Source of the DNA: Azolla caroliniana
Lineage: Eukaryota > Plantae > Polypodiophyta
NCBI GenBank assembly: GCA_043228905.1
Contig: JBHGNT010000009.1
Span: 16,120,001-16,184,000 of the forward strand
Length of the DNA stretch: 64,000 nt
Direction of reading: 5' to 3'
The notes below the pieces were generated by a model. That model did not search any database. It worked only from the letters and a program-made list of their open reading frames with translations, and was not told the DNA's origin. How positions within the stretch are numbered: position 1 is the stretch's first letter; every line of letters begins with the position of its first letter. This document shows, piece by piece, positions 1 through 12,602 of this stretch. The position numbers and the translations under genes were made by a program.

Positions 1-439
1 TGCAATAATGAAACAAGCATGGTCACAATGATGCGCATGCAAGATGCCTTAGACTTTGTCATACACCCATTCGTCATCAATTTGAGGGTGTAAGAGCTCA
101 ACCCAATTCATATCGGGTTGCCCTTACAAAACCCAAATCAAATATCCCTTACTCATTACTTGATTATGGGGTTACCATAAGACCTAGCAATTAGCAACGG
201 TTTGGTTTGAATCGAACTGAATTGTGAAACCGCGGGTTAACGACTTAACGGTTTAAACAGTTCAATTCGGTTCGGTCCACGTTAGGTTTTTGTGAATGGT
301 TTGTGGGAAGATTAGCATGCAGAGGCTAGAATAGACACAATCGGCTTAGCCGGATAGCAACAGAGAACACAGAGAATCAATGGAGAACACACGGAGAATA
401 TAGAGTGCTTGGGAGAGACAAAGAGAGAGCAGACCACAG

Positions 440-1890
440 AAAGCTCGATTTCTGCCTCGTCTTGGCGTCTTCACGCCTTGCTCATGCTCCTCGACCCGTC
501 CGGTCCCGCGCACCTCGACCTCCTCGTGAGGCGCATCTCAACTCCCTCGTTATCGTGGCATCAGCGCCCCTCGATCGTCTACGCCTTCATTTTGGTGTCG
601 GCTTCGGCTGCCCTCTCGTCCGCTCGGCCTTCATGTGATTCGACTCATCCGAATCAACTCATTTGACCGAATAGGCTGTCTCCGATTTGTTCCCGCTCTT
701 GTCTGAATTGGTTGTCTCCAATTAGTCTTCCTTTTTCAGGCCCTGGACCACATATGCCCATGTCCTGGTTCTGGCCTTTTTCCTTCGGTTGGTTTTGTCC
801 TTCTTGACTTTGCTGCCTTTGCCACCTGCTCCGATTCTTCTGTATGTGTCGACTTCTTCAGTCGATTCAGCATCTTCTTCGGTTGTCCTCTTGTCCTCAA
901 CTAGTTCTTTCTCCGGTTCGTCAGCTACTCTCCCCCTCAAGTGTGGCACGTCGAGTGTTGGATACCAAGCATCTTCGAGAAGTGTTGCAACTTGTCCGTC
1001 CCAAGCACCATGGTGAAGATATTGGCCACCTTCCAATCGGTTCGAACATACCGAAGTTCGACTTCACCGCTTAGAACCCGCTCGCGCATAAAGTGATAAT
1101 ACACTTCAATTTGCTTCGTGCGAGCATGGAACACAAGGTTCTTGGCCAGCTACATGTTATTGATGTAATCCCAGTAGATCGGAATCGGTGTGGGAACTTC
1201 GACCTCCAAGTCCTACAACAGCCGCCGAAGCCATATAGCCTCACAAGTTGCGACGGTGGTGCCTCTATACTCAACTTCGGTGCTTGATAATGCCATTGTC
1301 GGGTGCTTCTTGCTACTCCAAGCTACTGCAACACTCCTGAGAGAGAACATGAACCTTGATGTCCTCCGTCGATCCGTGGCATCTCGGGTCTAGTCGGCAT
1401 CAATATAGCTGACTAATTGTTCAATTATACCGTATCGGTACAATGGTTCTCGATCCTTCGTGCCGCTCACATATCACAATATTCGAGTCACGCACTGAAG
1501 GTGCTCAACAGTCAGTCTCTGCATGAGCTTACTTATCACACCGACAGGATAGCTAAGGTCAGTTTGGGTGATAGTTAAATATATGAGGCTCCCTACAATT
1601 TGTCGGAACCATTTCTCATCGCAGGTTGCTCTCGAGTCGGGACGTACCTTTATGTTTCTGTCAAGAGGGGTGGAGACGGTTGGCAATCCGTCATGCCAAA
1701 TTTGAACAACATATTCAACAAGTAATGTCATTGAGATAACAATATGTCATCAGGGGTGTGGATCACTTCGATCTCGAGGAAGTAGTGAAGGTCCCCTAGG
1801 CCTTTTATCTCGAATGCGTCCAACAACTTGGATTTTACTCGACTGATTTTAGCAAGGTCGGGTTTGGTGACGACCAGGTCGTCTGCATAT
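440..1890 (-). pseudogene. Degraded Ty1/copia (family A) RT/RNase H 3' part plus C-terminal extension
   Basis: Broken ORFs with YADDL, LHYFLEIEV, IVGSLIYLTITQTDLSYPVG, FHARTKQIEVYYHFMRERV. 440-930 is similar to 48065-48590 of another family-A copy. Confidence 0.85.
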
Positions 1891-4800
1891 TGATTTGTTC
1901 GTTCTGCTTGGCCGTCTGTTTGTAGGTGGTAGCCGGAGGAGAGGTTACAAGTGACCTTGAGCATTTTAAAGAGGTGCTTCTAGAATTTCTAGACGAACTA
2001 GGGTCCATGGTCAGTGATGATACTATCGGGAAGGCCATGATGCCGACATACTTCACGCATGACAATTTTAGCGATTTCCTCATTGGAGATTTCCTTAGTA
2101 CATGGCATAAAATGGGCCATCTTCGTATATCGATCTACTATTGTTAAGATCGCATCAAATCCCTTAGAGACCGGAAGATTTGTGATGAAATCTAGACCAA
2201 TGGATTGCCACGGCTTGTTTGGAATTGGTAATGGTTCTAATAAACCATATGGATGATGCCTTGGCATTTTTGCTCTACAACATGTATCACAAGTCTGAAC
2301 AAAATCTTCGACAATTTGTCACATATGGGGCCACCAGACTGATTGTTGTACTAAATCTAATGTTTTAGTACTACCAAAATGCCCAGTTGTATATGTGTCA
2401 TGACAGTTTTGGACTACTCGAAGGTGACAAGAACCATTCGGAACATACAAGGGTTTCTTAAAGAATAGCAATCCATCATGACATTCAAATTGTCGATAGT
2501 CCGTACCTGGTTGTTGCGATTGTGAACAAGATGCTCGAGAGGGATCCATTTGTGCTAGAATGGCTTGGGTGAAAGCATCTACCTTCAAGTCCTCACGTAT
2601 GGTATCAATAACATGGGAATCCAAGGGCATTCCGAAGACTTGTGTTGCTTGCAGTCGTGCTGGTCCTAGGATTACTTGCTTTTGGTTATCGAAAGCTTGC
2701 TCGCCAAGATGCGGTGCTATATAAGAGCGTTGTGATAATGCATCTACCTTCCCTTGTTGCTTCCCTGGACGATATGTAATTTTGAAGTCGAAACGAGTGA
2801 GGAATTGGGCCCACCGAGCTTGACGTTGATTTAACACATGAGCATTCTGAAAGTAGGCAAGGTTTTTGTGATCACTGAATACAGTGACTTCATGAGAAGA
2901 TCCCTCTAGAAAATGCCTCCATTGCATAAAAGAGTCCACTATTGCTAATAGATCCTTATCATGAATTTCATAGTTGATTTCGGCAGTGTCAAACTTGCGT
3001 GAGTGGAAAGCCACAGGATGGAACTTTTCATCATCGCCTTGTTGTGACAGAATGCTACCCAATGCGAAATCCGACACGTCTGCTTCGATGATGAATGGTT
3101 TTTCCGGATCAACATAAGCCAGAATAGGAGCTGATGTAAATGCATTATTAAGACCCTCAAAAGCCATGTCTACTTCTTCAGACCAAACAAACGATTGTCC
3201 CTTCCTGGTGAGTTGTGTGAGAGGCAGAACAAGCTTTGAGTAATCTTGTATAAACTTGCGGTAGAAATTGGCAAAGCCTAAAAAGCATTGTACATCTCAC
3301 AACAAACACGGAGTTTGCCAGTCTACCACCGTTTTGACCTTAGTTGGATCCATGGAGATGCCCTCCGAGGAAATAACATAGCCCACAAATTCTACCTGGT
3401 TGCACTCAAAACTACATTTTTCCAGCTTTGCATAAAAACCATGTTCTCGAAGTCGTTTTAGTACTAATAGTACATGAGAATCATGCTCTTCTTCAGTCTT
3501 CGAATAAACCAGTAGATCATCCAAATAGATGATCAAACAAACATCCAAGAGATCTCAGAATATATCATTTGCCATGTGTTGGAAGACTGCTGGCGCATTA
3601 GTGAGGCCGAATGGCATGACCGTATACTCGAAGTGCCCATATCTGGTGCGAAACGCGGTCTTCCATTCATCTCCTAGTCAGATCCATACGAGGTTATATG
3701 CTCCTCGTAAGTCAATCTTTGTGAAGAACCTTGCACCATCGATCCGTTCTAAAAGACTTGAGATAAGGGGAAGTGCGTACCTATTCCTGATGGTGACCTT
3801 ATTCAAGCCACAGTAATCTACGACAAGACGAAGTGATCCATCCTTTTTCTTGACGAAGAAAATGGGTGCACCGGCTGGAGATTTTGAATGTCGAATGAAA
3901 CCATTTGCCAAATTCTCCTCTATATAGGCTCGAAGGACTTCTAGCTCGGTTGGTGACAAATTATAGATCAGTCCCCATGGTGGCTCTTTTCCTGGTTTTA
4001 AATCGATGGGGCAATCATACAATCAATGGTGAGGAAGTGTATTGGCTTGTACTTTATCGAACACTTCGGCATAATGACGATACTTCTCTGGAAGTTGAAC
4101 GGTGGACTCCTCTTTAGTGGTGTTGGAGGGTTTTATTGATATTGCGAAGAGAAACATTTCTTCCTTGCGTCCTTCCTCGGGTTTGTCGATACCGGATTTC
4201 TCTTGTTCTCCAATCTATGTTTGGGTTATGTAATTCGAACGAAGGTAATCCCAAATCAATGGGTTCTGGGATACTAATTATATTAAAGGATACTACACAC
4301 GCTAAATTATCTAGGACAATATTAACGGGCTCTGACTCTTCTATGCTATTTCCGGAAGCAATGGGGCGACCATCAATGACTACTACAGAGGCTGGACACG
4401 GGAGTTTTCTTAGGGATATCTGATGAGCTTGGGCAAAATTCCTATCCATGAAGCAAGAATTAGCTCCGGAATCTAGGATTGCTACGACATGTACTAGAGA
4501 GGTACTTTTAGTACTAATGGTTACTTTGGCTAAGAACACATTGCTAACTTGCTTAGAGGGAATGGAACCACTAATGAGCTACATAGATCTAGGGCTGTCC
4601 AACAAAACGGCTCCTATTTTGGCTGGACTTAGTCGTTTAACACTTCTTCTAATAGACTAAGGACATCAAATTTGTTCGATAGATTTGGGTTATTAGTACT
4701 ATTAGGACTATAAGATATTCTTACTGGAATAGACTCGGGTTTAGTACAATTAGAACTAGCAACTATTTGGTTCACCTATCTTCTTGGCCTATGGGGACAA

Positions 4801-5964
4801 TTCATTGCAATAAAGACAAAGTCGATTTGCTCGGCATCGCTACTTTTGTTCTTCCGATAATGGTCTGCGACGACGTGTAGTGTCAATTTCCATTGGAGTT
4901 GGAGTATTCAATGGAGACGCATTATATGACTCCCTTGGAAAAGGTTTTGCTACCACGGAGGCGTAGGTGGGCTCTGATTTTGCCCTTGGCATCTGGAATT
5001 GACATTCCGAACATCGTTCGAAAAGACGGTTGTCACATCTCACCGTGCGACTGATTGCTTCTATCAATGACTTTGGTTCTTCAGGGAAGGTCAAGAGTAA
5101 ATTCTTGACATTGTTATGTAGACCTTAACGAAATTGCTCCATAAGTGCTTGGTCATCCCAGGGGATATCGGAGGCGAGTGGGCGGAAATCTGCAGCGTAT
5201 GCGGAGGCTAGACGATCACCTTGACGTAATCGTCGGATTTTGTTGATTGTTGTCCTTATGCTGTCAGTATCTCCAAAACATGCTTTAAACTCACTTAAAA
5301 ACTCTTCAAAATTGTTTAGTAAAGGAGATTCCTTTTCTAACAATGGAGCGAACCATGCCAAAGCTGAGCCACTTAACAACGTGCCTGCTAAAACCACTCG
5401 TGATGCATCAGTGGGATATCGAGAAGGATGCATTTGAATGAATAATTGTACCTGATTAAGGAATCCTCTAAACTGCGATCGCGTTCCATTGAATTTCATG
5501 GGAAGGGCGATCTTGGGTTCTTTATGAACCCCTTGTGTACTGGGTCCTTGTTGTTGCATTGCTACTATGGTTGCTTCGAGTTGTTGCACGCGTAACGCTA
5601 CTATGGTTGCTTCGAGCTGTTGTTGTTGCGTTTGTTGCTTCTCTAAGGAGATTTGTTGAAGATCCCCCAACAGTCATTGATTTTCTTGTTCCAATGCGAG
5701 AAACCTCTCTTTCAAGCATTGGAACTCTGAAAAAATGGATTGATATTCTTGAGCACTAACAATGGCCATAATATGAGAGAAAAGAGGAATACGAGATTAG
5801 TATGAAGGGAGGGAGAAGTAAGAAGATAAAGGAAGAGAAGGAAGGAGAGGAAAATAGGTTCAAACTATCAGGAGCAGTACTAAGATAGAGAAGGAATTAG
5901 TACTAAAAGATAAGGATTAGTACTAAGGGAGGTGTAGAACTCTCGAGGGAAGGAAAGAGTGAGT

Positions 5965-6001
<37 letters not shown>

Positions 6002-6285
6002 GATAACAAAAGATATATATTATGTTAAGAGAATATACAATAGTAGTTAGGAGGCTTAAGATTGGCGTTGAACCGATTTGGTTCGAAATATGCCTTGTGC
6101 CTCCTTTTATAGTGTTCTCAGGAGTACTCCTGAAGTTTCTAGAGAAATCTAGAACATACATCAATTTTCTATAGTAAAACTTAAATGAAAATAATATCCT
6201 TCATATTACATTATATAGTCTAATGGTCAAGAGCTCGACCTATGTAACATAAGGCCATGGGTTCGAGTCTTGCCATATCATGATA
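1891..6285 (-). mobile_element. Tcn1-like chromovirus (Ty3/gypsy), 3'-truncated inside integrase
   Basis: Gag (~4630-5760), protease [16 protein letters not shown], RNase H and N-terminal half of integrase, all collinear with the 39321-45507 element. Many stops and frameshifts. Confidence 0.9.
5866..6285 (-). repeat. 5' LTR of the truncated Tcn1-like element (420 bp)
   Basis: Degenerate TATCATGA...CCTGATA termini, TATAAAA at 6105-6111 (minus), (GA)n tract, followed by the GTTTGAACC primer site as in the 39321 element. Abuts host gypsy RT (VDYRKLN) at 6286. Confidence 0.8.
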
Positions 6286-6717
6286 TCGACTATCGTAAAC
6301 TCAACGCGGCCACGATCACGAATGCATTTCTGTTTCCATTCACGGATGGCATTCTGGATGCGGTCGTATGCCACGAATGCTACAACTTGTTAGATGGGTT
6401 TAGTGGCTACAATTAGATCCGGATGCACCCGGACGACCAAGAGAAAACAACCTTCATCACAGAATGGGGAGTGTTCGTCGCAGTCGTCGTGATGTTTGAC
6501 TTGAAAATGGCATCGGCCACATTTCAATGCATAATTGTCAATATTTTTGAGGACTATATCCCAACGTTCATGCAAGTCTTCCTCAATGATTTTGTTGTAT
6601 ATGGACAACAAATCGAACACCTTGAATATCTACGCCTGTGTCTCACATGATGCCGATAGGCACGACTCAACTTAAACCCAACGAAATGTGCCTTCTACGT
6701 AATGAACGGTACCTTGC

Positions 6718-7321
6718 TGATGGAAATAATCGACACTTTCCAAACTTCACCTCTCGGCCACAACCAAGGAAACACACGAATCGTTGTTGCAGAAAATGGG
6801 AAATGCAAAGGTAAATAAGTGGACACACGATTTAACGTGGAAAACCCTGTACGGGAAAAACCACGGGAGTACAAGACTCCGAACCAAAACTATGCACAGA
6901 GAAATATACAATGGCGAGCTGCAAGGCGACGACCTTGAGCTCGCTGTCCTCGCCACAGGCGGCAGAATTACACAGAGGCGTCGACCTCTTCCTCTCTCAT
7001 GCTCTATCTCTCTCGCGGCTGCTCTCTCTTCACTCCTCTTGAGTGGAAAAACAGAAAAATGAGTAGCAACATAAAAACTGTTTGCCCTAAGTCATATTTA
7101 TACACATATGACTTTAGGGCTATTTACAACTATAGCCTCAAGGGCCCTTGGCAAACATATTCACAGATATGTCCCCGCATCCGGATCTCTCTCCGGGTAC
7201 ATTCGTCATCCGGCTCCGAAGCCGGGGTCTTCATCATCCGGTTCCGAAACCGCAACCGGGCTTGTCGTCATTCATCTCCGGACATCCGACCATCCCATCC
7301 GGAGGGACCGTAATCCCAACA
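6718..7321 (-). repeat. 3' LTR of intact copia
   Basis: Direct repeat of 11436-12039; I see one substitution by eye (7000 T vs 11718 C). PPT GAAGGGGGAG (minus) at ~7324-7333. Confidence 0.97.
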
Positions 7322-7331
7322 AACTCCCCCT

Positions 7332-10300
7332 TCACTTCGGCATGGGATGTCTCTCCAATCCGATCCTCTTTCGGCATGCTTCCAGCTTGTCGGGTGTGAG
7401 CACCTTGGTCAGCATATCCGACCCGTTCTCGTCCGTGTGGATCTTCGTCAGCACGAACTCCTTGTCTTCTATCCTTTCCCGGATCCAGTGATATCTTCGC
7501 TGGATGTGCTTCGTCCGGGAGTGATAGGCAGCGTTCTTCGCAAGGTGGATTGCACTCTGACTGTCGCAGTAGAGTCGGTACTCCTCCTGCCGGATACCGA
7601 GCTCTCTAATGAAGTCCTTCATCCATATTATTTCCTTGCCGGCTTCAACAGCCGCCATGTACTCCGCCTCCGTGGTTGACAACGCAACCGTCTTCTGCAG
7701 CCTCGACTGCCATGAAACAGCTCCCCCTGCATACGTCATCACATACCCTGATGTGGACCGGCTGGTATCTGCATCAGCCGACATATCCGAATCGGTGAAG
7801 CCGTCGAGTTCAGGCTTACCGGAGCCGAATCGGAGGCACACGTTTGCCGTGCCCTTCAGGTATCGGAGTATCCACTTGGCCGCGTTCCAATGCTCTTTGC
7901 CGGGATTGCTCATGTACCGGCTCACCACTCCGACTGCATATCCTATGTCCGGTCGGGTACACACCATTGCGTACATCAAGCTCCCGACGGCAGAGGCATA
8001 TGGTACTTTCATCATGTCCTCCTTCTCAGCCTTTGTCTTGGGGCTCTGCTTGCTGGACAGCTTGCAGTTTGCCGGGAGTGTTGACCCGACCGGTCTTGCT
8101 TCCGACATGTTGAACCGGTGAAGCACCTTTGTCACGTACTTCTCCTGTGACAACCACAACTGCTTCTTCTTCCGGTCCCGGATGATGTGCATCCCTAGTA
8201 TTTGCCTCGCCGGACCCAGGTCCTTCATTGAGAAGGTTCGGTGAAGAGCCTTCTTCAGCATCCGTATCTTGACCTGGTCTCGTCCGACGATCAACATGTC
8301 GTCCACGTACAGGAGGAGTATTAGAAAGTCTCCTCCTTCGAACTTCTTCACAAACACGCAGTGATCGGACTGCGTTTTGTGGTACCCTTCGTCTGTCATG
8401 AAGGAGTCGAACTTCCGGTACCATTGCCGGGGAGCCTGCTTCAGACCGTAAAGGCTCTTCTTCAACCGGCATACCAGGTGCTCCTTCCCTTTCTTCTCGA
8501 ATCCTTCCGGTTGCTGCATGTAGATCTCTTCTTCGAGGTCACCGTGAAGGAATGCCGTCTTCACGTCCATCTGTTCTATCTCGAGGTCCATGCTTGCCGC
8601 TATGCTCAGCACCGTCCGGATGGAGGTCATCTTCACTACCGGGGCAAATATCTCGTCGAAGTCGACGCCCTTCTTCTGCTGAAACCCCTTCACCACGATC
8701 CTGGCTTTGTATCTCGGGGGGTTTCCGGCATCTCCCGGTTTCAGCTTGAACACCCACTTGTTACGGAGTGCCCGTTTTCCTTTCGGCAACTCCACAAGTT
8801 CATATGTGTGGTTCTCATGTAGGGAATCCATCTCCTCCTGCATGGCACTTGACCACTTGCGGCTATGGGTGTTATGCTTCGCTTCTTCAAAGCTCTCCGG
8901 CTCCCCCTCGTCGGTTAGCAGCACGTGCTCTGGTTCCGGAAATCTCCGGGGAGCCCTTCTCTCTCTCAGAGGATATCTCCGTTCCGGAGCTTCGGTAACC
9001 GGTTCTTCCGATTCTTCTTCATCCGAATCCATTTCGGGATCGGGGCCGGTCCCGGTATCATTTTCATCTTCTTCGGCCGGTTCTGTTTCTTCACCGTCTT
9101 CGGCCGGATCTTCGAGTGTTAACCGGTCCCTTGCCGGTCGGGACTGCTCCTCGTAGAGTTTATCCTCACCGGTCGACTTGGAGCTCTTCATCTTCTTCTC
9201 CGACTCCCAGTCGGCGAGTGTCTTGTTCTCCATGAAGATGATATCACGACTCCGGAATATCTTCTTGTCGACCGGGTCCCATACTCGGTAGCCGAACTCG
9301 TCATCGCCGTAACCGAGGAATATGCATGGCCGGGTCTTTGGATCTAGCTTTCCTCTCCGGTCCTTTGCCACATGCACGTATGCGAGACACCCGAACACCT
9401 TCAGATGCCGGTAGGATACTTCCCTACCGGTCCACACTCTCTGCGGCGTGTCTCCGTCCAAAGGTACTGAGGGTGATCTGTTTATCACGTATGTCGCCGT
9501 TGACATCGCCTCAGCCCAAAACCCCTTGGGTAATTCCGCATGCGCCAGCATACTCCAGACCCTCTCCATTATGGTCCGGTTCATCCTCTCGGCCAGCCCG
9601 TTCAGTTCCGGCGTCTTCGGCACAGTAAACTCGAGCCGGATTCCCTTCGAGCGACAGTACTCCTGGAACTGCCCCCGGTATTCCCCTCCGTTATCCGCTC
9701 GTATCGCTTTCAGCTTCTTGCCGGATTCCCTTTCCACTCTCGCGTGGAGTTCTTTGAAGACGCACAACACTTGGTCCTTTGTCTTCAACGGTGCCGTCCA
9801 CAGCTTCCGGCTGTGATCATCAATGAATGTTACGAAGTACTGGGCTCCGCCATGTGACTTCGTTTCTACCTGACACACATCAGTGTGCACCAACTCCAAT
9901 GGTGCGCTACGTCTCGTCGGTGGCCTTGAGTGGAAGGAGGTTCGGTTCTGCTTACCGGCCAGGCAATCGGTGCACTTCTCCAGGTGCACATGCTTCACTG
10001 GAATAAGGTTGTCTTCTGCAAGCCTCTTCATCCCCTTCTCACTCATGTGGCACAGTCTCTTGTGCCACAGCTCACCGGCAGTGTCGGCTGCCACGTTCAA
10101 CTCTTCCGGACACAACCAGGCATTCATAAGGTACAGTGTGTTGACTTTCCAGGCCCGAGCCACTATCAGGCTCCCCTTGCTGAACTTCATTACGCCGTTC
10201 CGGATGCTACCTGAGTAGCCTTCATCGTCTAGCCTCCCGGCCGAAATCAGGTTCAATCGAACCTCCGGAACGTGTCGAACATCCTTCAGCAGCATTTTGC

Positions 10301-11405
10301 ATCCGGTCGAGGTTGTCAACCACACGTCTCCTATGCCGGCAATCCGGCACGTACCTTCATTTCCCATCCGAACACAGCCATGCTCACCGACTGTGTAGGA
10401 TGAGAAGTATCTTCTCTCCGGGGTCAGGTGGAACGATGCTCCGGAATCGACCACCCAGGTCGTCTCATCGCCGGCAATGTTTAGTTCACCTTCTTCGGTG
10501 ATGAGCATGATTTCTTCCTCACTTGCCGCGAGTGCCGTCGTTCCTTTCCGGTCCTGCCCTCGCCGATCCGGACCTCTCCGGTCCGTGGCTCCCCGGTATG
10601 CACCGTTTCTCTCCGGTGACTTCTTCGAATCGGTGTCGTCGGCTCCGTTGTCCTTTCGGTAATGCCGACAATTCTTCCGGAAGTGCCCCGGCTTCCCACA
10701 GTGGAAGCATGTGGGTCTTCCTCTTGACTGCGACCGGGTCCCCGACTTCTCCCGTCTTTGCGGACTCCGGTTCCATTGTCTTCCCCGTTCCGATTCGGTA
10801 AGCAGCGCCTTCGAGTCGGAGGCCGGTTCTTTATCTCTCCGACGCGCTTCTTCGTTCAAAATACTTGTCTTTACCGTTTGTAGGGACAAGTTATCTTCCG
10901 TGCAGGAGGTGCTGAGAGTCACCACCAAGTTCTCCCAGCTTTCCGGCAATGTACACATCAGAATGATGGCTTGCATTGCATCCTCCAGCGGGAACTTGAT
11001 CGCCGCAAGCTGGTTCACGAATCCCATGAACGTGCTTACGTGTTCCACCATACTCTCGCCGTCCCGGTACTTGAGGTTCTCTATCTTCCTCATCAGGGAG
11101 GTCCGGTTCAACGCATTCTTCCTCTCGTAGAGGCCCGACAGCTTCCGCCACATCTCATATGCGTTGATGTCGTTCGCCACATGTTGTAGAACGCTCACGT
11201 CGACGTATTGCCGAATGGTTGCAACGGCTTTCCGGTTCAGAAGCCTCCATTCCGACTCAAGTACCCCCTTCGGTATTTCCGACCTGTCAATCGGTTCGTA
11301 CAGGTCCCGAACAATCAGAAGATCCTCCATCTTGATCTTCCAGTCAGCGTAATTCTGCGCATTCAGCACCATCATCCCCGGCTGCCCGCTGCCGCCGCCT
11401 TCCAT
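7332..11405 (-). CDS. Copia Gag-Pol polyprotein (Gag with CCHC knuckle, protease, integrase, RT, RNase H)
   Basis: Single open frame from ATG 11405 (MEGGGSG): CFHCGKPGHFRKNC, WVVDSGAS, LWHKRLCH..CTDC, VHTDV..ADNGGEY..AER, LLYVDDML, FTDSD..STTEAEY. Confidence 0.96.
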   Translation of the reverse strand: MEGGGSGQPGMMVLNAQNYADWKIKMEDLLIVRDLYEPIDRSEIPKGVLESEWRLLNRKAVATIRQYVDVSVLQHVANDINAYEMWRKLSGLYERKNALNRTSLMRKIENLKYRDGESMVEHVSTFMGFVNQLAAIKFPLEDAMQAIILMCTLPESWENLVVTLSTSCTEDNLSLQTVKTSILNEEARRRDKEPASDSKALLTESERGRQWNRSPQRREKSGTRSQSRGRPTCFHCGKPGHFRKNCRHYRKDNGADDTDSKKSPERNGAYRGATDRRGPDRRGQDRKGTTALAASEEEIMLITEEGELNIAGDETTWVVDSGASFHLTPERRYFSSYTVGEHGCVRMGNEGTCRIAGIGDVWLTTSTGCKMLLKDVRHVPEVRLNLISAGRLDDEGYSGSIRNGVMKFSKGSLIVARAWKVNTLYLMNAWLCPEELNVAADTAGELWHKRLCHMSEKGMKRLAEDNLIPVKHVHLEKCTDCLAGKQNRTSFHSRPPTRRSAPLELVHTDVCQVETKSHGGAQYFVTFIDDHSRKLWTAPLKTKDQVLCVFKELHARVERESGKKLKAIRADNGGEYRGQFQEYCRSKGIRLEFTVPKTPELNGLAERMNRTIMERVWSMLAHAELPKGFWAEAMSTATYVINRSPSVPLDGDTPQRVWTGREVSYRHLKVFGCLAYVHVAKDRRGKLDPKTRPCIFLGYGDDEFGYRVWDPVDKKIFRSRDIIFMENKTLADWESEKKMKSSKSTGEDKLYEEQSRPARDRLTLEDPAEDGEETEPAEEDENDTGTGPDPEMDSDEEESEEPVTEAPERRYPLRERRAPRRFPEPEHVLLTDEGEPESFEEAKHNTHSRKWSSAMQEEMDSLHENHTYELVELPKGKRALRNKWVFKLKPGDAGNPPRYKARIVVKGFQQKKGVDFDEIFAPVVKMTSIRTVLSIAASMDLEIEQMDVKTAFLHGDLEEEIYMQQPEGFEKKGKEHLVCRLKKSLYGLKQAPRQWYRKFDSFMTDEGYHKTQSDHCVFVKKFEGGDFLILLLYVDDMLIVGRDQVKIRMLKKALHRTFSMKDLGPARQILGMHIIRDRKKKQLWLSQEKYVTKVLHRFNMSEARPVGSTLPANCKLSSKQSPKTKAEKEDMMKVPYASAVGSLMYAMVCTRPDIGYAVGVVSRYMSNPGKEHWNAAKWILRYLKGTANVCLRFGSGKPELDGFTDSDMSADADTSRSTSGYVMTYAGGAVSWQSRLQKTVALSTTEAEYMAAVEAGKEIIWMKDFIRELGIRQEEYRLYCDSQSAIHLAKNAAYHSRTKHIQRRYHWIRERIEDKEFVLTKIHTDENGSDMLTKVLTPDKLEACRKRIGLERHPMPK

Positions 11406-11420
11406 TTTCTGCAGCAGCTC

Positions 11421-11432
11421 GCTCTGATACCA
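11421..11432 (-). other. Primer binding site, tRNA-iMet
   Basis: TGGTATCAGAGC on minus, 3 nt inside the 5' LTR. Confidence 0.95.
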
Positions 11433-11435
11433 AAT

Positions 11436-12039
11436 TGATGGAAATAATCGACACTTTCCAAACTTCACCTCTCGGCCACAACCAAGGAAACACACGAATC
11501 GTTGTTGCAGAAAATGGGAAATGCAAAGGTAAATAAGTGGACACACGATTTAACGTGGAAAACCCTGTACGGGAAAAACCACGGGAGTACAAGACTCCGA
11601 ACCAAAACTATGCACAGAGAAATATACAATGGCGAGCTGCAAGGCGACGACCTTGAGCTCGCTGTCCTCGCCACAGGCGGCAGAATTACACAGAGGCGTC
11701 GACCTCTTCCTCTCTCACGCTCTATCTCTCTCGCGGCTGCTCTCTCTTCACTCCTCTTGAGTGGAAAAACAGAAAAATGAGTAGCAACATAAAAACTGTT
11801 TGCCCTAAGTCATATTTATACACATATGACTTTAGGGCTATTTACAACTATAGCCTCAAGGGCCCTTGGCAAACATATTCACAGATATGTCCCCGCATCC
11901 GGATCTCTCTCCGGGTACATTCGTCATCCGGCTCCGAAGCCGGGGTCTTCATCATCCGGTTCCGAAACCGCAACCGGGCTTGTCGTCATTCATCTCCGGA
12001 CATCCGACCATCCCATCCGGAGGGACCGTAATCCCAACA
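11436..12039 (-). repeat. 5' LTR of intact copia
   Basis: 604-bp direct repeat of 6718-7321. Confidence 0.97.
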
Positions 12040-12602
12040 CTTGCTTGGTCACATTGTCAGTCAGGATGGCATAGCCATGGATTCTGACAAGGTGCACACT
12101 ACCTTGAATGCTCCAGCCCCAACCACAGTGAAATCCCTTAGCCGCTTTTTGGGACAGATTTGGTGGCATAGTAGCATGCTCCGCTACCTGGCCGATTTCG
12201 CAACTCCTGTGCATGCCACGGTGCACACGATTCCATTTCGGTGGATAGATCGGGAAGACGAAGCTTATCGTTCCCTCAAAGTGATGCTTTCACACGCCCC
12301 TATCGTACAACCATCAAATTAGTCGCAGCCTTTCCACATGTTCGTGGATGCTTCCAACATCACCATTGGAAGCGCACTAATGCAGAAAACACCCCTGAAC
12401 TAGTACCGTCCGGTATACTATGCTAGCCGACGACTCTCCACGGCCGAAAAAAACTACTCCGCCATGGAACATGCTTGGAATGATCTACAATATTACGAAA
12501 TTTCGCCATTACCTGCTCGGCCGAAAATTCACATTTCACGTGGATCATTCGACAGTTCTATACCTGGTTAACAAGCATGCCTTGACTGGTCGATTAACAC
12601 GA

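Larger units (their letters stand above)
6718..12039 (-). mobile_element. Intact, very young Ty1/copia element (Tnt1/Tork-like)
   Basis: Two 604-bp TG..CA LTRs, perfect 5-bp TSD CTTGC (6713-6717, 12040-12044), iMet PBS, PPT, uninterrupted polyprotein. Confidence 0.97.

Noticed and set aside
1-400. Possible MITE/DNA transposon remnant (GGTTCGGTTC-type motifs)
   Set aside because: No TIR pair or TSD could be identified.
6216-6275. Functional tRNA genes at the tRNA-like cassettes
   Set aside because: Anticodon and acceptor stems do not pair properly and all copies lie inside LTRs. Reported as A/B-box cassettes, not tRNAs.
7347-11438. Many long antisense/overlapping ORFs within the intact copia
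   Set aside because: Expected in GC-rich coding sequence; no recognisable motifs.
7332-11546. 1404-aa ORF start at 11546
   Set aside because: The upstream part runs through the LTR and PBS. The real start is probably ATG 11405.
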